A stretch of 64,000 nucleotides of DNA from Octopus bimaculoides (taxonomy: Eukaryota). A model generated the notes under the pieces. It did not search any database. It was not told the origin of the DNA and saw only the letters and a list, made by a program, of their open reading frames with translations. The stretch is taken from NCBI RefSeq assembly GCF_001194135.2, contig NC_068985.1, forward strand, positions 30,655,715-30,719,714, in the 5' to 3' direction. Each line of letters starts with the position of its first letter. Position 1 is the stretch's first letter. Below are positions 28,950 through 41,549 of the stretch, piece after piece. A program made the position numbers and the translations under genes.

Positions 28950-29118
28950 TGAGGTCATCTAGGTTTCTTTCAGTTTCCATCTACCAAAACTACTCACAAG
29001 GTTTTGAGTGGTCCAGGGCTATAATAGAAGACACTTACCCAAGGAGCCCCTTGCTAGGACAGAATCTAAAACCCTGTGGATGGGAAGCAAACTTCTTAAC
29101 CACACAGCTACACTTGTG
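28950..29118 (-). mobile_element. tRNA-SINE family A, 5' part
   Basis: Reverse complement of the family A head. Confidence 0.7.
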
Positions 29119-29166
29119 CTTTGTAAATGGAATTTACTAAACAGAAATTGTATGGAAATATACAGT

Positions 29167-29212
<46 letters not shown>

Positions 29213-31180
29213 ATTGATGAGTGGTTTTGCATGGGCAGATGTATTATTTTACTTTGTGTCTGTATCCCTGTTTACACTGATTTTTAAAACTGATGTGTTT
29301 ATTGTATTCCTTTATGTCCTCTAAGTGAGTAATGCAAAAGCCATTCTGTCATTTCATTTCAAATTACAACATTGAACCTCTACTGAGGCAAGACCCATCT
29401 AACCCATCGCAATATGGATAAACACATAAAATAAGGATGACGGTAGAGATGATGATGACTATGAGTGACTATCTTTGATGCTAGCCAGCATCTGCTATAG
29501 GTTACAGACACAAGACTGGTGCAATCATCATTTTATGTCCGCTTTTCCATGCTGGCATGGGCTGGATGGGTGGCCACAGTAAGAACTAGCACATATTCAA
29601 GGAGTATTGCTCATCTAGACAAGTCAGAGAGGGACCTCATCTCACTCACATTTTGTTTTGGCTTGGTTTCTATAGCTGGATGCCCTTCCTAACACCAACC
29701 ACTACACAGAGTACAAGGTGCTTTTTAATACCATTAGAACTAGAGAGGTGTCATGTCCTCATCATGACCTGAGGATCTTCATAATGTTAAACTTTACAGA
29801 GTGTACTTGGTGTGATTTTTGTGACACCAGCACTACAGAGGTAGCCAAGTACTCGACATGACAAAAAGGAGCTATAATCCCACATCTCAGCTGTCTTGCC
29901 AGGAGAGTGAAATGCATGAATGATAGCAATAAGAGGGATATGTAATGGGAAAGGAGTGACAGGTGTACTTGGTATTCTGGGATATGTATATTCTAGGCAA
30001 CCTGACTGAAACAGCAATAAAGACAAGGATAGTAGTGTGAGCAATATACAGGTATGTGAGAGGGATGTGTGACATGAAGAGAGAGATGAATAAGGTAGGG
30101 GATGATACAGTTAACTTAATTGACCTCAGTATATGACTGGTACTTATTTACTGATCATGAGAGGTTGAAATGCAAGCAGGATTTGAACTCAGAACATGGT
30201 TTTTCACATCAACACAAAACCACAAATTTGATGGAGGGAAGACGTCCGAGTGTGTGTATGATGGAGGGGGTGTCAATTGAACTAATATCGAAATGTGGCA
30301 GGTACTCATGCAATCATTTACATGCAGTTTAGTGATTAGAGGACAATCTTAAAGAGGCTGAAGTTGTATGAGAAAAAGAATGTACGGAGTGAAATGAGAT
30401 AGTGAAGATAATAGGGAGGAAGAATGACAGATGGATCGAATAGGTTTGGATGAAATAGGATCTGTGTGGTACTTTGGAAAGGTACCTTGTGAGTGAATTT
30501 AGTAGATGGAAATGAAAACTACATGGAAGCCAGTCGCGTGCACATGTGTATGTGTGTGTGTGTAACTGTGTCTCCATGTTTGTCCTCTGCCATCACTTGA
30601 TGATCAGTGCTGGTTTGTTTATGTCCTTGTAACTTCGAAGTTTAGCAAAACAATAGAATAAGTAGAGACTAAAAATAAGTACTGGAGTCAATCTATACAA
30701 CTAAAACTCTTCAAGGCAGTGCCACAGCATGGCCGCAATCCAATGACTAAAATAAAAGGGATAAAAAAACTACAAGTATCTAAGTTAATAGACAAGTGAA
30801 ATGTTTGAACATTGATGCAGAATAAATAAATAAATAAATAAATAAATAAAAACAAAAGGCATTTGTTGCAGCTGTGTTGTAACAAAATCTGTAATTCGTT
30901 AAATACTGCAAAAACTTAATAAAAGACAATAATAAATTATTATTGCATTTACTGCCCTTCTTGGTTCCTCAATAAAACTCTTTTTTTCCATACAAAATGA
31001 AATATTTCATTGATGAAGAAAATAGTTCAACAGCTTAGAAATAAGCCAGTGATGCTGCCTTGTGGCTTTCTCTTAATATAAATATGGCATTCACCCCTGA
31101 AGTATTTCAAGTCTGCATAGATAATCATATGAGAAATATTAAACAATTGAATCTGGGAGAAACAATCGAAGCAAAATGTT

Positions 31181-31295
31181 TTAACGTGACATCCCCAAGA
31201 ACATCTGCATTGCAATTGTGCCGATACTTAGAGTGAACAGTCCTTTGCAGAATAATAAGGTCCAGGATCCCAAGTGGCCAGCATGGATAAGAATC
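31181..31295 (-). CDS. TMEM147: TMEM147 terminal coding exon 6 (ILIHAGHLGSWTLLFCKGLFTLSIGTIAMQMFLGMSR*)
   Basis: TTTCCACAG acceptor, LGSW motif, TAA stop. Joined CDS 77+136+137+85+122+115=672 nt = 223 aa plus stop. Confidence 0.92.
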
Positions 31296-31492
31296 CTGTG
31301 GAAAGAGAATTAAAACCAAGGTTAAACAAATACAGAATTACATAAATACTCGCATCCACACAGCCTTTAAAGTAATCTCATGCATAACACATATCCACAC
31401 ACACACATGGCATAGCGCTATAGGAGCAAAATGTATTACAATAGAATACGTTTTGCTAAACAAAACAGTGAAGAAATTAAAGTAACCATTAA

Positions 31493-32072
31493 CCCTTAAG
31501 CAATCAGATCACTCTGTCAAATGTAATGCTTATTTATCCACATAGGCGCAGGAGTGGCTGTGTGGTAAGTAGCTTGCTTACCAACCACATGGTTCCGGGT
31601 TCAGTCCCACTGCGTGGCACCTTGGGCAGGTGTCTTCTACTATAGCCTCGGGCCAACCAAAGCCTTGTTTGTGGATTTGGTAGACGGAAACTGAAAGAAG
31701 CCCGCAGTATATATGTATATATATATATGTGTGTGTCTGTGTGTGTGTCCCTAGCATTGCTTGACAACCGATGCTGGAGTGTTTATGTCCCCGTCACTTA
31801 GTGGTTCGGCAAAAGAGACCGATAGAATAAGTACTGGGCTTACAAAGAATAAGTCCCAGGGTTAATTTGCTCGACTAAAGGCGGTGCTCCAGCATGGCCG
31901 CAGTCAAATGACTGAAACAAGTAAAAGAGTAAAGAGTAATACTTTTGAATTAATCATGTATTATCTTCTAATTTTGAGATTTAATTCTTAGAATGATATT
32001 ATAGGGCTAGTGTTTGAACATGAAACAGATTGAATATTTTGGTTGGATATGGCCAGTTTAAATACTAAAGGG
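31493..32072. mobile_element. piggyBac-type MITE (TTAA-CCCTT...AAGGG-TTAA) interrupted by a SINE; related copies at about 35398-35660, 36210-36435 and 52010-52585
   Basis: TTAA flanks and CCC/GGG termini; shared body TTTTGAATTAATCATGCATTATC..GAATGACATTGTAG..TTTAAATGCTAAAGGG. Confidence 0.75.
31545..31938 (+). mobile_element. tRNA-SINE family A, full length
   Basis: GTGGCTGTGTGGTAAGTAG head, GGTTCAGTCCC B-box-like motif, central (TA)/(TG) microsatellite, (AAGAGT)n tail; other copies at 30525-30770, 53098-53300, 53480-53895 and 60267-60620. Confidence 0.85.
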
Positions 32073-32914
32073 TTAAATTTAGAGCACAAAAGAAAGCTAA
32101 ATTATTACAATACAGAATTATTACATGTATAATATAACATTTTAATATAATTATAGCAAGATGACTTGATATGAGATCACACAAACTACCTTATTATAAG
32201 ATCTCTTGGATTCATTAACACTCAAGCTTTGTAACAGCAAGTTACAAAGTAAGCTCTATCAGTTATGTTGAATGAAAACATGTAAATGCAAAATGCAGAA
32301 TGAGTATGATATGGTATATATATATATATATATGCTAAATGTGCATTTTTCAATGCTGACATGGTTCAGAAAAGTCTATGTAACATCTCTCTGTGGATGT
32401 TACACACAAGCCCAATCTCCACAGGTCTAACCTAATTAATTTTTCTAAATCTTCCTTCAACTTGTGACACTTCTTTCCCCTCAGCATGCAACATTCTTTG
32501 CTATTACTCATTCATAACAACATAGTCATCTCTCCTGTATGTATTTCTAATACCTTTAATTTCTAATACCTTTAATTTCTAATTTCTTTCTCACTTCATT
32601 TCCATTCAACTTGCCTTGCAAGTTTACACATCACATCCAACAAATCAAACTCACCTCATTCCTTCTCCAATAACTGAACATCTAAATTTACAAATGTTTT
32701 TTAAACCCACCTCATAAACTGTGATTTTCATACACTTATCAAAATGAATAACAGACATGAAAATAATTAAAATCTTAAAAACTATTTTGTTCTCCCTTAT
32801 AATGAGAATATCTACAAAGGATTAATATGAACTGGTTGTAATAGATAAAAGTTCATCATAAGGCTTTGTAGAATCAATTCTTCTTCATAATATTGATGAC
32901 AATTAGTTACTTAC

Positions 32915-33036
32915 TCTACAATGAGTGGTCTGAAAGAACTGAGCAACAGAAGAATTAAAACAACTGGGAAGAGAGATTTGCGGAGATCACTACGTGTCCA
33001 TAGCCATACCAAAAGAGCTGTTGAGATGTGTTGGAT
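32915..33036 (-). CDS. TMEM147: TMEM147 coding exon 5 (IQHISTALLVWLWTRSDLRKSLFPVVLILLLLSSFRPLIVE)
   Basis: TTTTAG acceptor and GTAAGT donor; 122 bp; in phase; TM-like sequence aligns with VHYI..VWMITRYDL..P.VL. Confidence 0.93.
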
Positions 33037-33213
33037 CTAAAATTTAACAAAATACATAAAATTAGTAATCTCATCCAAAATTTTTTCATAGTAATAATTT
33101 ATGAGCTATGGTAATAATTTATTGCAATCACATTGTTCCAACTCCAATCCTACAATGCAATAAATTGGTCAACTATCAATACTTTTAATTGCTAAGAATT
33201 GAATGTCACTCAC

Positions 33214-33298
33214 CAAACTGACATTTGAGTCAAAACTCATTTGGATAAACTTCCAGTCAAACTCAATACCTCTTGCTCCAACCCAAAGTGGAATAAAC
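33214..33298 (-). CDS. TMEM147: TMEM147 coding exon 4 ([28 protein letters not shown])
   Basis: TTGCAG acceptor and GTGAGT donor; 85 bp; highly conserved [14 protein letters not shown] motif. Confidence 0.96.
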
Positions 33299-34012
33299 CT
33301 GCAAGAAAAAGTTATTTCAGAATAAGATTAAATATACTATTTAATCTAGAGCACATTACATAAGTGTAATAAGATTTCTGGAGATTTAATTAATGTTCCA
33401 AATTAATTTTGCTATGAAAAAGTCATTTTCCTGAAGAATGGAGTTAACTTAAATGGTTTTATATAATACAAATTTCTTTCAAGCTGATTCATAACAACCT
33501 AAAACAGCAGTGAATGAAGAGACTGAGAACATATAAATGCAAAGCAACAAAGTGGAAGAGTTGGCAACCAGCAAATACTTAAATAATACTAGTTTCCTTT
33601 TTGAACAATTTACTCCTAATTTCCAGTAAAAACTACCAGTAAATATTACGAAAAGACATTTTTCAATAACAGATATACTATTTGTCTTTAGAAAGAAAAC
33701 TAATATAGTTTAATTTGTTTTAGGATTGTTTTCTCATGCTGGAATAGGTTGGATGGATATTATTTGAGGCATTGTTTTACAGTTGGACGTCCATTCTGAA
33801 GCTCACCCTTGTTTTTCAAGTAAGGGAACACTTATTCCACACAGCTTCAAAGGCACCAAAGTGCCTGGATGATTTGTTGACAAGAAAACTGACTACAACA
33901 CTGCCTACCACGCTTTTGTTCAAGTAATATACAAAATGTAAACACACACACACATACATGTACAACAGTCTTATTTCAAGTCTACTCACAAGGCCTTGAT
34001 CAGCCCAGAGCA

Positions 34013-34320
34013 TTGGGCTTACAATTATGAGGTAGTGAATTCAATCCCTGGACTGGCTTGTGTGTTGCGTTAGTGAGCAAGACACTATTTCACATTGCTC
34101 CAGTTCACTCGGCTGTAGAAATGAGTTGCAACATCACTGGTGCCAAGGTGTATTGGCTTTTGCCTTTCCCTTGGATAACACTGGTGGCGTGGAGAGAGGA
34201 GACTGGTATGCATGGGCGACTTTTGATCTTCTATAAACAACCTTGCCCACACTTGTACCTCAGAGGGGAACTTTCTAGGTACAATCCCATGGTCATACAT
34301 GACTAAAGGGGCATTTATCC
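34013..34320 (+). mobile_element. tRNA-SINE family B
   Basis: GAGCAAGACACT..CATTGCTCCAGTTCACTC.GCTGTAGAAATGAG central domain; matches 47383-47722. Confidence 0.7.
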
Positions 34321-34380
<60 letters not shown>

Positions 34381-34496
34381 AGGTCAGCAAAATTTGGTGC
34401 TATTTAACAGAATTTTGTAAATCTCATATGAACAAAAATCAGTTTCAATGAAGTTTAAAAGTATAGAGAAATAAAGTTTCAAGCAAGACAACTTAC

Positions 34497-34633
34497 CTAG
34501 TCATAATAAGTTCAGCTGTAGCCCAACCCATACCAGCAATAAGAAACTTAAGTTGACCTTTAGCTGGAATGGAGTTCATTAGAAGATAAAGACCTACAAG
34601 GTCAGCAAGATCAACAAAGCATTTCAGTGTTTC
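34497..34633 (-). CDS. TMEM147: TMEM147 coding exon 3 (ETLKCFVDLADLVGL...GWATAELIMTR)
   Basis: TTACAG acceptor and GTAAGT donor; 137 bp; conserved GWATAELIM motif. Confidence 0.95.
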
Positions 34634-35134
34634 CTGTAAGAAAAAAGTAGAATTCCAAAAACTGTAATTTTAAAAAATGCTGATACATTGGAATATTGTG
34701 ACATATGTATTAGGCTTATGATCTGGAAACAGAAAAGGAAACTTAGAGTTACGGAGATGACTTGAGTCAGGTAGAAAGTGTTTTATGTGATGAAATGGAA
34801 GATGTGGAGACTTTAACAAGTGAATTGATAACATAAAGACTTGAATCAAATAGGAAATGTTGATAGGAAATGTGAAGATTTTGAATAATTAGTTTTGTAA
34901 AGGCTTTTGAAGTGGTTCATCCTAATATCTTAAAAATTCCATGATAATATACAGAAACAAAGTTTTAAATGGAAGTAATATTATATAAAAAAAAGAATTT
35001 AACAATGCTGCAAAAACTATAAAGTAATTTCTATACCTAACGCAAATGTAAAAAAACTCAATGACATTCTTTATATAAAGAAAAAAAGGAAAAGAATCTA
35101 ATAAGTTAATAAAATTTTTACTCTGCCAACTTAC

Positions 35135-35270
35135 CCCTACAATATCCAAAGAATCAGAACTAAATTCTGTAGCTGGAAAGAAGGTTGCTAACACCAACAT
35201 CTTACATAGTTGAGTGAAAAGGTATGCAGTCCCAGCCTGGACACATTTCCAGAAGGCACTGTATTCAGCC
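35135..35270 (-). CDS. TMEM147: TMEM147 coding exon 2 ([45 protein letters not shown])
   Basis: TTTTAG acceptor and GTAAGT donor; 136 bp; phase fits exon 1; matches [23 protein letters not shown]. Confidence 0.95.
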
Positions 35271-36450
35271 CTAAAATGTATTAAAAAACACATAGCAAAT
35301 ATCAAGACTGCTTAACAAAAATCAGATACTCATTTTCAGAAAGTGTTTCAGATCTGAACATCTAATTCAGTACAAAACACAAATGCTGTCCTATACCATT
35401 CACCTTATAGCATTCACATTACTTTGACTAATGTATTATTTATTCATTCCCATTATTTTGAATTAAGCATGCATTATCTAAAAATATGCAATCACATAAT
35501 TGAAATCTCAAAGCTATAAGCTTTGAGATTTCAAGTATGTGATTGCATATTTTTAGAATGACATTGTAGAGTAGATGTGAGAAGCTGGATCTGGCCAATT
35601 CGAAGATAAAACAGGTAGAATATTTGGACCATATATGACTGGTTTAAATGCCAAAAGGTTAAAGTACTTTTTACGCATCTAGAAGAATATACCTAGCATG
35701 CACATACGCATTTGGGCCACTTTAGAGAAAGACAATAATAACATTATCCAATTGACAAGTTTTCACTCATCAACACTATGACCAGTCTAACCCTTTCTCT
35801 TCCACTCTACTGCATCTGACTTTGCCCCTCTAAACACCAGATTAATAGTATACCACCACATGTTGCTCCAACTCAATGCACTAACCTTCCCTACTTCCAC
35901 TAGCTTTACACTCACTAAACACTGCCTACAATTACATGCTGATACTTGTTTTTAATCAATCAAACCAATGAAGGAGCCTCAAACATTCAGCCTGCAGCAA
36001 CATTTAATCTGACCTCAAGTCCAGTTTTATCAAAGGAAAACATTATCAATTTTTGATTTAAAAATATTCTGTAAAATATGTTTATATTGCTAGCATGCAT
36101 TCAAAGTTAGATGCCAATTAGAATTATGATTAGAATTGTGATTAGACAAACCAATTAGAATTGTGATTAGACAAACCAATGATTCTTTCACAATCTCAGA
36201 GTTCTTACTTAACCTTTAAACATTCACATTATTCTGTCAAACATAATACTTATTTATTCACATTACTTTGAATTAGTCATGCATTATCTTGTAGCTTTGA
36301 GATTTCAATGATGTGATTGAGTATTTTTAGAATGACATTGTAGTGTAGGTGTGACAAGCCAGATCTGGCTAGTTTGAACATAAAGCAGGTTGAATATTTG
36401 GGCTGGATATGGTCCATTAAAATGCTAAAAGGTTAATACAACTGTATATA

Positions 36451-37680
36451 TCTAGTACATATAAATCACAGTATGTGTGTGTATATTGACTAACACATAC
36501 ATTTCCACAATTCTCAACCGATTTTCACCAAACTTTATACACACATTACTTATGTCCCAAGAATGATCATGCGTGATAACATTCTGCCCAGAGCTCCTGC
36601 ATAAATGGACATACCAGGAAAAACGATGTTTTTCTCTAATTCATTGTATGTACATAGTTTTTTTGTGTGTAGAGTCTTCCACATATTTGTAATCTATATG
36701 GTCATATATTAGCATTAGAGAATATTTTCTGGTGTCTTTCACATTTTTTTGGTTTATTATTTATTTATATATTGTGATTGTGTATTTTTACTTTCTATAT
36801 TTTTTTTATGTGTATTGGTGTGTATTGAGTGTTTTGGTTAGAGAATATTATAAAAGTGAAAGGATTTTGTCTATTTATTTATTTTGACTGCTTCCCATAC
36901 TTTTTAAATCTATATGGTCGTATATTAGATTTAGAATATTTCTTAGTTATTTTCACATTTTTTTTTTATTTATTATTTATTTATATGTTGTAATTATGTA
37001 TTATTACTTTCTACATTTATTTTATATGTGTATTGGTGTGTATTGTTCGAGTATTTTCATTAGAGAATATCATAAAAGTGAAAGGATTTTGTCTATTTAT
37101 TTATTTTGACTGTCCACTTGCAATGGTGATTAAATTGACCAGGAACACTGTACGTGATGAATATCCAATACCAAACAATCTTAATCTCCATATTTAAACT
37201 GCATTAAACTTTAGCAAGCTTACCTTTACCTATTCTGAGTTACTTGAAAGGTGATGTTCCTTTCCCGCTCTTCTATTTGTTTATACCTTTGTTTACCTAC
37301 CAATGCGTTGTTTCACAGGATGCTTATTTACCCATCCATTGCTTCAAATACATTTTAGCATTGTCGTTCTAGCCTTTTTTAAACAACCACAAGAAATTTC
37401 ACTTTCATGTAAAACAACTATATTTTATAGTCATTATCTGCAATCTACTCCCAAAACACTTCTGTAGCTCTACTTTGCATTGCTTGCAAATTTATATGTT
37501 CTATGATCATTAAAGTGCAACGACCTCCACAATAGCCAGCCTTCAATTTGATTTTCTGTTCTTAGGTTAATCAGAAACAGATTGCTGTGCTACTCATAAA
37601 CCTTCTCAGTAGTTCAATTGTTTAGTGAAAAATACCACCAAAGCAATTTAAACCATACAAAGGACGGGTGCATTTGCTAG
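36451..37680 (+). mobile_element. Non-autonomous Helitron-like element in TMEM147 intron 1, containing a tandem repeat of about 220 bp (36675-36890 / 36891-37111)
   Basis: 5' TC after A; 3' ..GGACGGGTGCATTTGCTAG|T end; DINE-like 5' region. Confidence 0.5.
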
Positions 37681-38559
37681 TATATATATATTTCATAAAC
37701 CATGTCGATGAATTTTGACCATTTAACTCTGCATCTCTGCTCACACTTCATGTTCCTTCCTTTCTTTATTGTTAATAAACTTGTTACATATGAATCCCTT
37801 TAATCATTTACTTTGACTTACGTTATGAAGAGGATTTTTTTAGGAATAACTGAATCTATCTACCCTGTAAGATCTAGCTTATGCTTCAGTCTAGCCCACA
37901 AAGCCAAACAAGTTTGATATTGCTGTCTCGCAACCAAATCTCTCTCAAATCATGCAATATCATTTTTAAAAAGTACACATTGAATGATGTCATCCTAGGT
38001 ACAGTATCTGAACGAATGACATACATTTGATCATAACGCTGCACATTTCAAGCTTATCTGATGCTAAACAACTTTCTTCCCTTCACATACCAATATTACA
38101 ATGTTTATTGCACTACACTATGAGACCTACATAAAACCAGGTGGACTGGGTTGTTAACAACTAGGTACCTATAGTTAGTTGGTTGATTGCTGTACCCTTA
38201 TTAATCTACTTAATTATGTGCCATTACCATCATCTTTTTCCCCAGTACACTATATTCTCAACAGAGGGTGATACAGAACACAAGTTATGTCACGGACTGT
38301 CTTGCAAGGTTACATCACTAAAAGCCTTGGAATGCTGATATAATTACACTTCTAAAGTTTCTGAAAGATTAACTAGGGAAGTATTAAAATAAACAATGTT
38401 GGAGGTGTCACAATTAAAAAAAAAAAAAAAAACAATTACTACTGTAAAGCATAGAATGATACTAAAAATGAGACTGGTTATAAATAGTAACCAAATTCCC
38501 TAGGATAATGCTCTAACGTCTTAAGAACAGGATACATTGGAGAACATAATCCAACACAA

Positions 38560-38656
38560 GGCGGAGGTAATGAATACGTATACCACCGGTTTTCGGCGCA
38601 ACTAAACCCCTAAAACTAACCCTAACCACCGGGTGTACGTATTATTTATCTTCGCC
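38560..38656. mobile_element. 97-bp Mutator-type MITE with a telomere-like core
   Basis: 9-bp TSD CCAACACAA (38551-38559 and 38657-38665); about 30-bp imperfect TIRs GGCG(G/A)AG(G/A)TAA..AATACGTA.ACC..CGGT; core CCCTAAAACTAACCCTAAC. Confidence 0.8.
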
Positions 38657-39203
38657 CCAACACAATTCTAAAAAGGAAGAATCTATGCGGCTCGAATACC
38701 ACTGAACATAAATCTGCTCAGTTGGGGCTGACATGGAGCTAATCTCTACGTTAAAGTAGGTGGGCACATTTCAATGATAAAAAATTCGAAATTTTAAGAG
38801 AGTAAATTTTAAATAATTGTTTCTTACAGATATGAATTTAAAGCATAGTTATTATTAGTAAATAATCTAAAATTTACTAGTTTTTCGTTTGGTAAATTTC
38901 TCCTCGCTAAGGAATGAATGCCGTTATTTCGGTAAAAAAGAAAGCACAATAAAAGGGAAACATTGTCATATAGGCATATATATATATATATATATAAATT
39001 ATAGTGGCCTTATATAGTTATATACAGTTAACAAAGTATATTATAACGATTTGAGAGTCAAATTATTACGTTTAGAAAGTTAAATTAGAATTAAACACGA
39101 TGGACCATGCTTGTTATTTACACAGTCGGTGAAACATGCAACGATGTTGATGTTCGTTTTCACTTTCATAAAGTTTTTAATATATATTTTCTACTATACT
39201 TAC

Positions 39204-39280
39204 ATTCCAGAACATCTGTACACTATTACGTAAGGTACGTATGCCAATGCGACACAGTTCCCGAAGTGAAATAAAGTCAT
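39204..39280 (-). CDS. TMEM147: TMEM147 coding exon 1 ([25 protein letters not shown]..)
   Basis: Minus-strand translation matches the TMEM147 N-terminus (human [26 protein letters not shown]). 77 bp, GTAAGT donor, phase 2. Confidence 0.95.
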
Positions 39281-39834
39281 AATTGGAAGCCGACAGAAAT
39301 ATTTTCTTAATCAAGCAACGAAACGGTGTAAAAGGGAAAAAAACCCAAAGCTAATACATAACTACACATTTTGTTCGGTAACTATCTTAAAGCTGACGAA
39401 CTTTACAAAAACAAAAAATATAAATAAACACAGTGACTCACTTAATACATAGATCTTTGATTTATTAATTTTATATCAAATATTATATCAAATTATTGAT
39501 ACTTCAATGAGAATTGTGTACGCACGTATTTCCGGCCGGAATTTTTTAAAGCTGGATACTTACACGCATTCAGTTTCCTGGGCTCTTACATACTTAAAAA
39601 CCATCCCTCTGAAATTCCTGTTTTTTTCAAATTTCGTACAATGTGTTATTAAAAATGAATATTGGTTATTGTTTTCTTTTTCATTATTTTTTTTTTTTCA
39701 TTATTTTTTTTTTCATTTTTCTTCGGAAATTACATAAACTATTTTATGCGTGTATTTATGACTTAGTTACCGTTTCCAAGGGAAACATTCTTACCATTTT
39801 GTTTCTTTAAACGTAACAAGAAAAGTTAGATGAA
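39281..39834. promoter_or_regulatory. Putative bidirectional promoter shared by TMEM147 and CFAP126
   Basis: 554 bp between divergent ATGs, locally CpG-retaining; palindromic double ETS-core TTCCGGCCGGAA at 39530-39541. Confidence 0.7.
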
Positions 39835-39861
39835 ATGTCGAGACAATTCTCTGCTAATCAG
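39835..39861 (+). CDS. CFAP126: CFAP126/Flattop coding exon 1 (MSRQFSANQ)
   Basis: 27-bp coding part ending CAG|GTAACG; resembles the Flattop start MATNYSANQ; in phase with exon 2. Confidence 0.85.
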
Positions 39862-40376
39862 GTAACGATTGTATTTATCCATTTTCTCTGCTTCTACCTC
39901 ACCGTGCTTTATTTTTACAATGATTGACAATACACACACACACATGCACTATAAATGTGCATATATGTTTATACATGCATTATACAGTTTTATGTAAGTA
40001 TGCCTTATATATATATACATTCCCCCCCACACACACACATTGTACAGTTTTGAACCATATATATATAAAAAATATAATTATAATCAGGGGTCAGCTAAGT
40101 GTCTTGCCACGTACTGAATTAGAAATAGACGCTAATGTCTTTTCAACTACCGTATATATATATAGGTAAGATTCAAGGATCAAGGTGTAGGAAGAGAGTA
40201 AGCTTCAAGCCTTCAAGCAGTCCATAGAGGGTATAAAAAACAATTTTCAGGAATAATAGTGGTTTATTGATGTAGAAGGTTGTAAATTTTCCCCCATATC
40301 AAAGTTCAATAAGCTGAAAAGATTGTTTTATAGATTATAGTTAGCAGCAGGGGTTGCTGTGTATGCAAAAAGAAAT

Positions 40377-40742
40377 AAAAAATTAGGAAATGGAGTTGAT
40401 AAAATCCAGGTTACATATGTTTCATAGCTAGCAGAACCTTGAAAGTAGTAATTATCCGAATGAGGGGTAATGCACTAGCTATTCATCAGGCCAACAATAT
40501 CTTAATCAAAAGTTTACATTGTCATCAAGGGATCCCATGTTGACTCACAGGAGATTTAATTGGAAATCATGCAAGTCAACATGGGATCCCTTGATGACAA
40601 TGTGAATTTCTTTTGATTAAGGTATCTTTCGCCTGACAAGTGGCTAGTGGATTACCTCTTGTTTGGATAATCACACCTTCTGAGGTTCTGCTAGCTATGA
40701 AACATATATCCTGGATTTTATCTACTCCATTCCTTAATTTTG
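40377..40742. repeat. Foldback (about 170-bp arms, 28-nt loop) in CFAP126 intron 1
   Basis: Innermost 30 bp are perfect (40516-40545 / 40574-40603); outer arms are imperfect. Confidence 0.85.
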
Positions 40743-41549
40743 GATGTGTGTATGTGCAGAAGACAGGGAGAGAAAGGCAAGCGCAGTACATAGGAAACAG
40801 GGAGATACATGGAGAGGGATGGTCAATGTAATGTGTAAGTGTAGAGAGCAATATCAATGGATGAAGAATGGCTAATAAGTGAAATAGTTCCATGTAGCAC
40901 CACCACCATTATCATCAACATCAACACAAAAACTACACTAGTTCAATCTCTGGTATTACTAGTCAGTGACTTCTTAATGGCCAACAGCTACAACAACAAT
41001 AGTACAAACAACTCCATCTGAAATGAAAACCAGTCACATGAGAAAGTGATGCTCTTGTACATTTTAAATGTTGACTGAATTATCTTTGATCCTAGATCAA
41101 TATATATGTATATGATGGCTATCTGCTATGGACCAAGGAAGACCATCACATGATCATTAAGAACATTGTCCACTCAGACAAAATTATACTTCACTTTTGT
41201 GACTCCACTAGTGACTAATAATCCCAGTTCCATAATAAACATAAATGTCTGTAGATATTGCAGATCAAGCTTCCCCTATTCCCTACACTGCTGGTGTTTA
41301 TTTGAGCAGCTCACTAAGTTCAGCATGCAAAATGCATGTTTCTTTGAAAATACCTACTCCATCCTTTCTCATTACCTCCATTAGTTAGTGATAACTAACA
41401 TTGCTTTCCCAATTAACCGCTCATATTTCACATGCCTTCAATGAGGGATGTGCACAATCCTTAAATTGTAGTCTTAATTTCTGCTTGGGACACTTTCCAC
41501 AAACAAGTTCACCATATAGCATTCCCAAAGTTTCTGCTTCTCATGAGAA

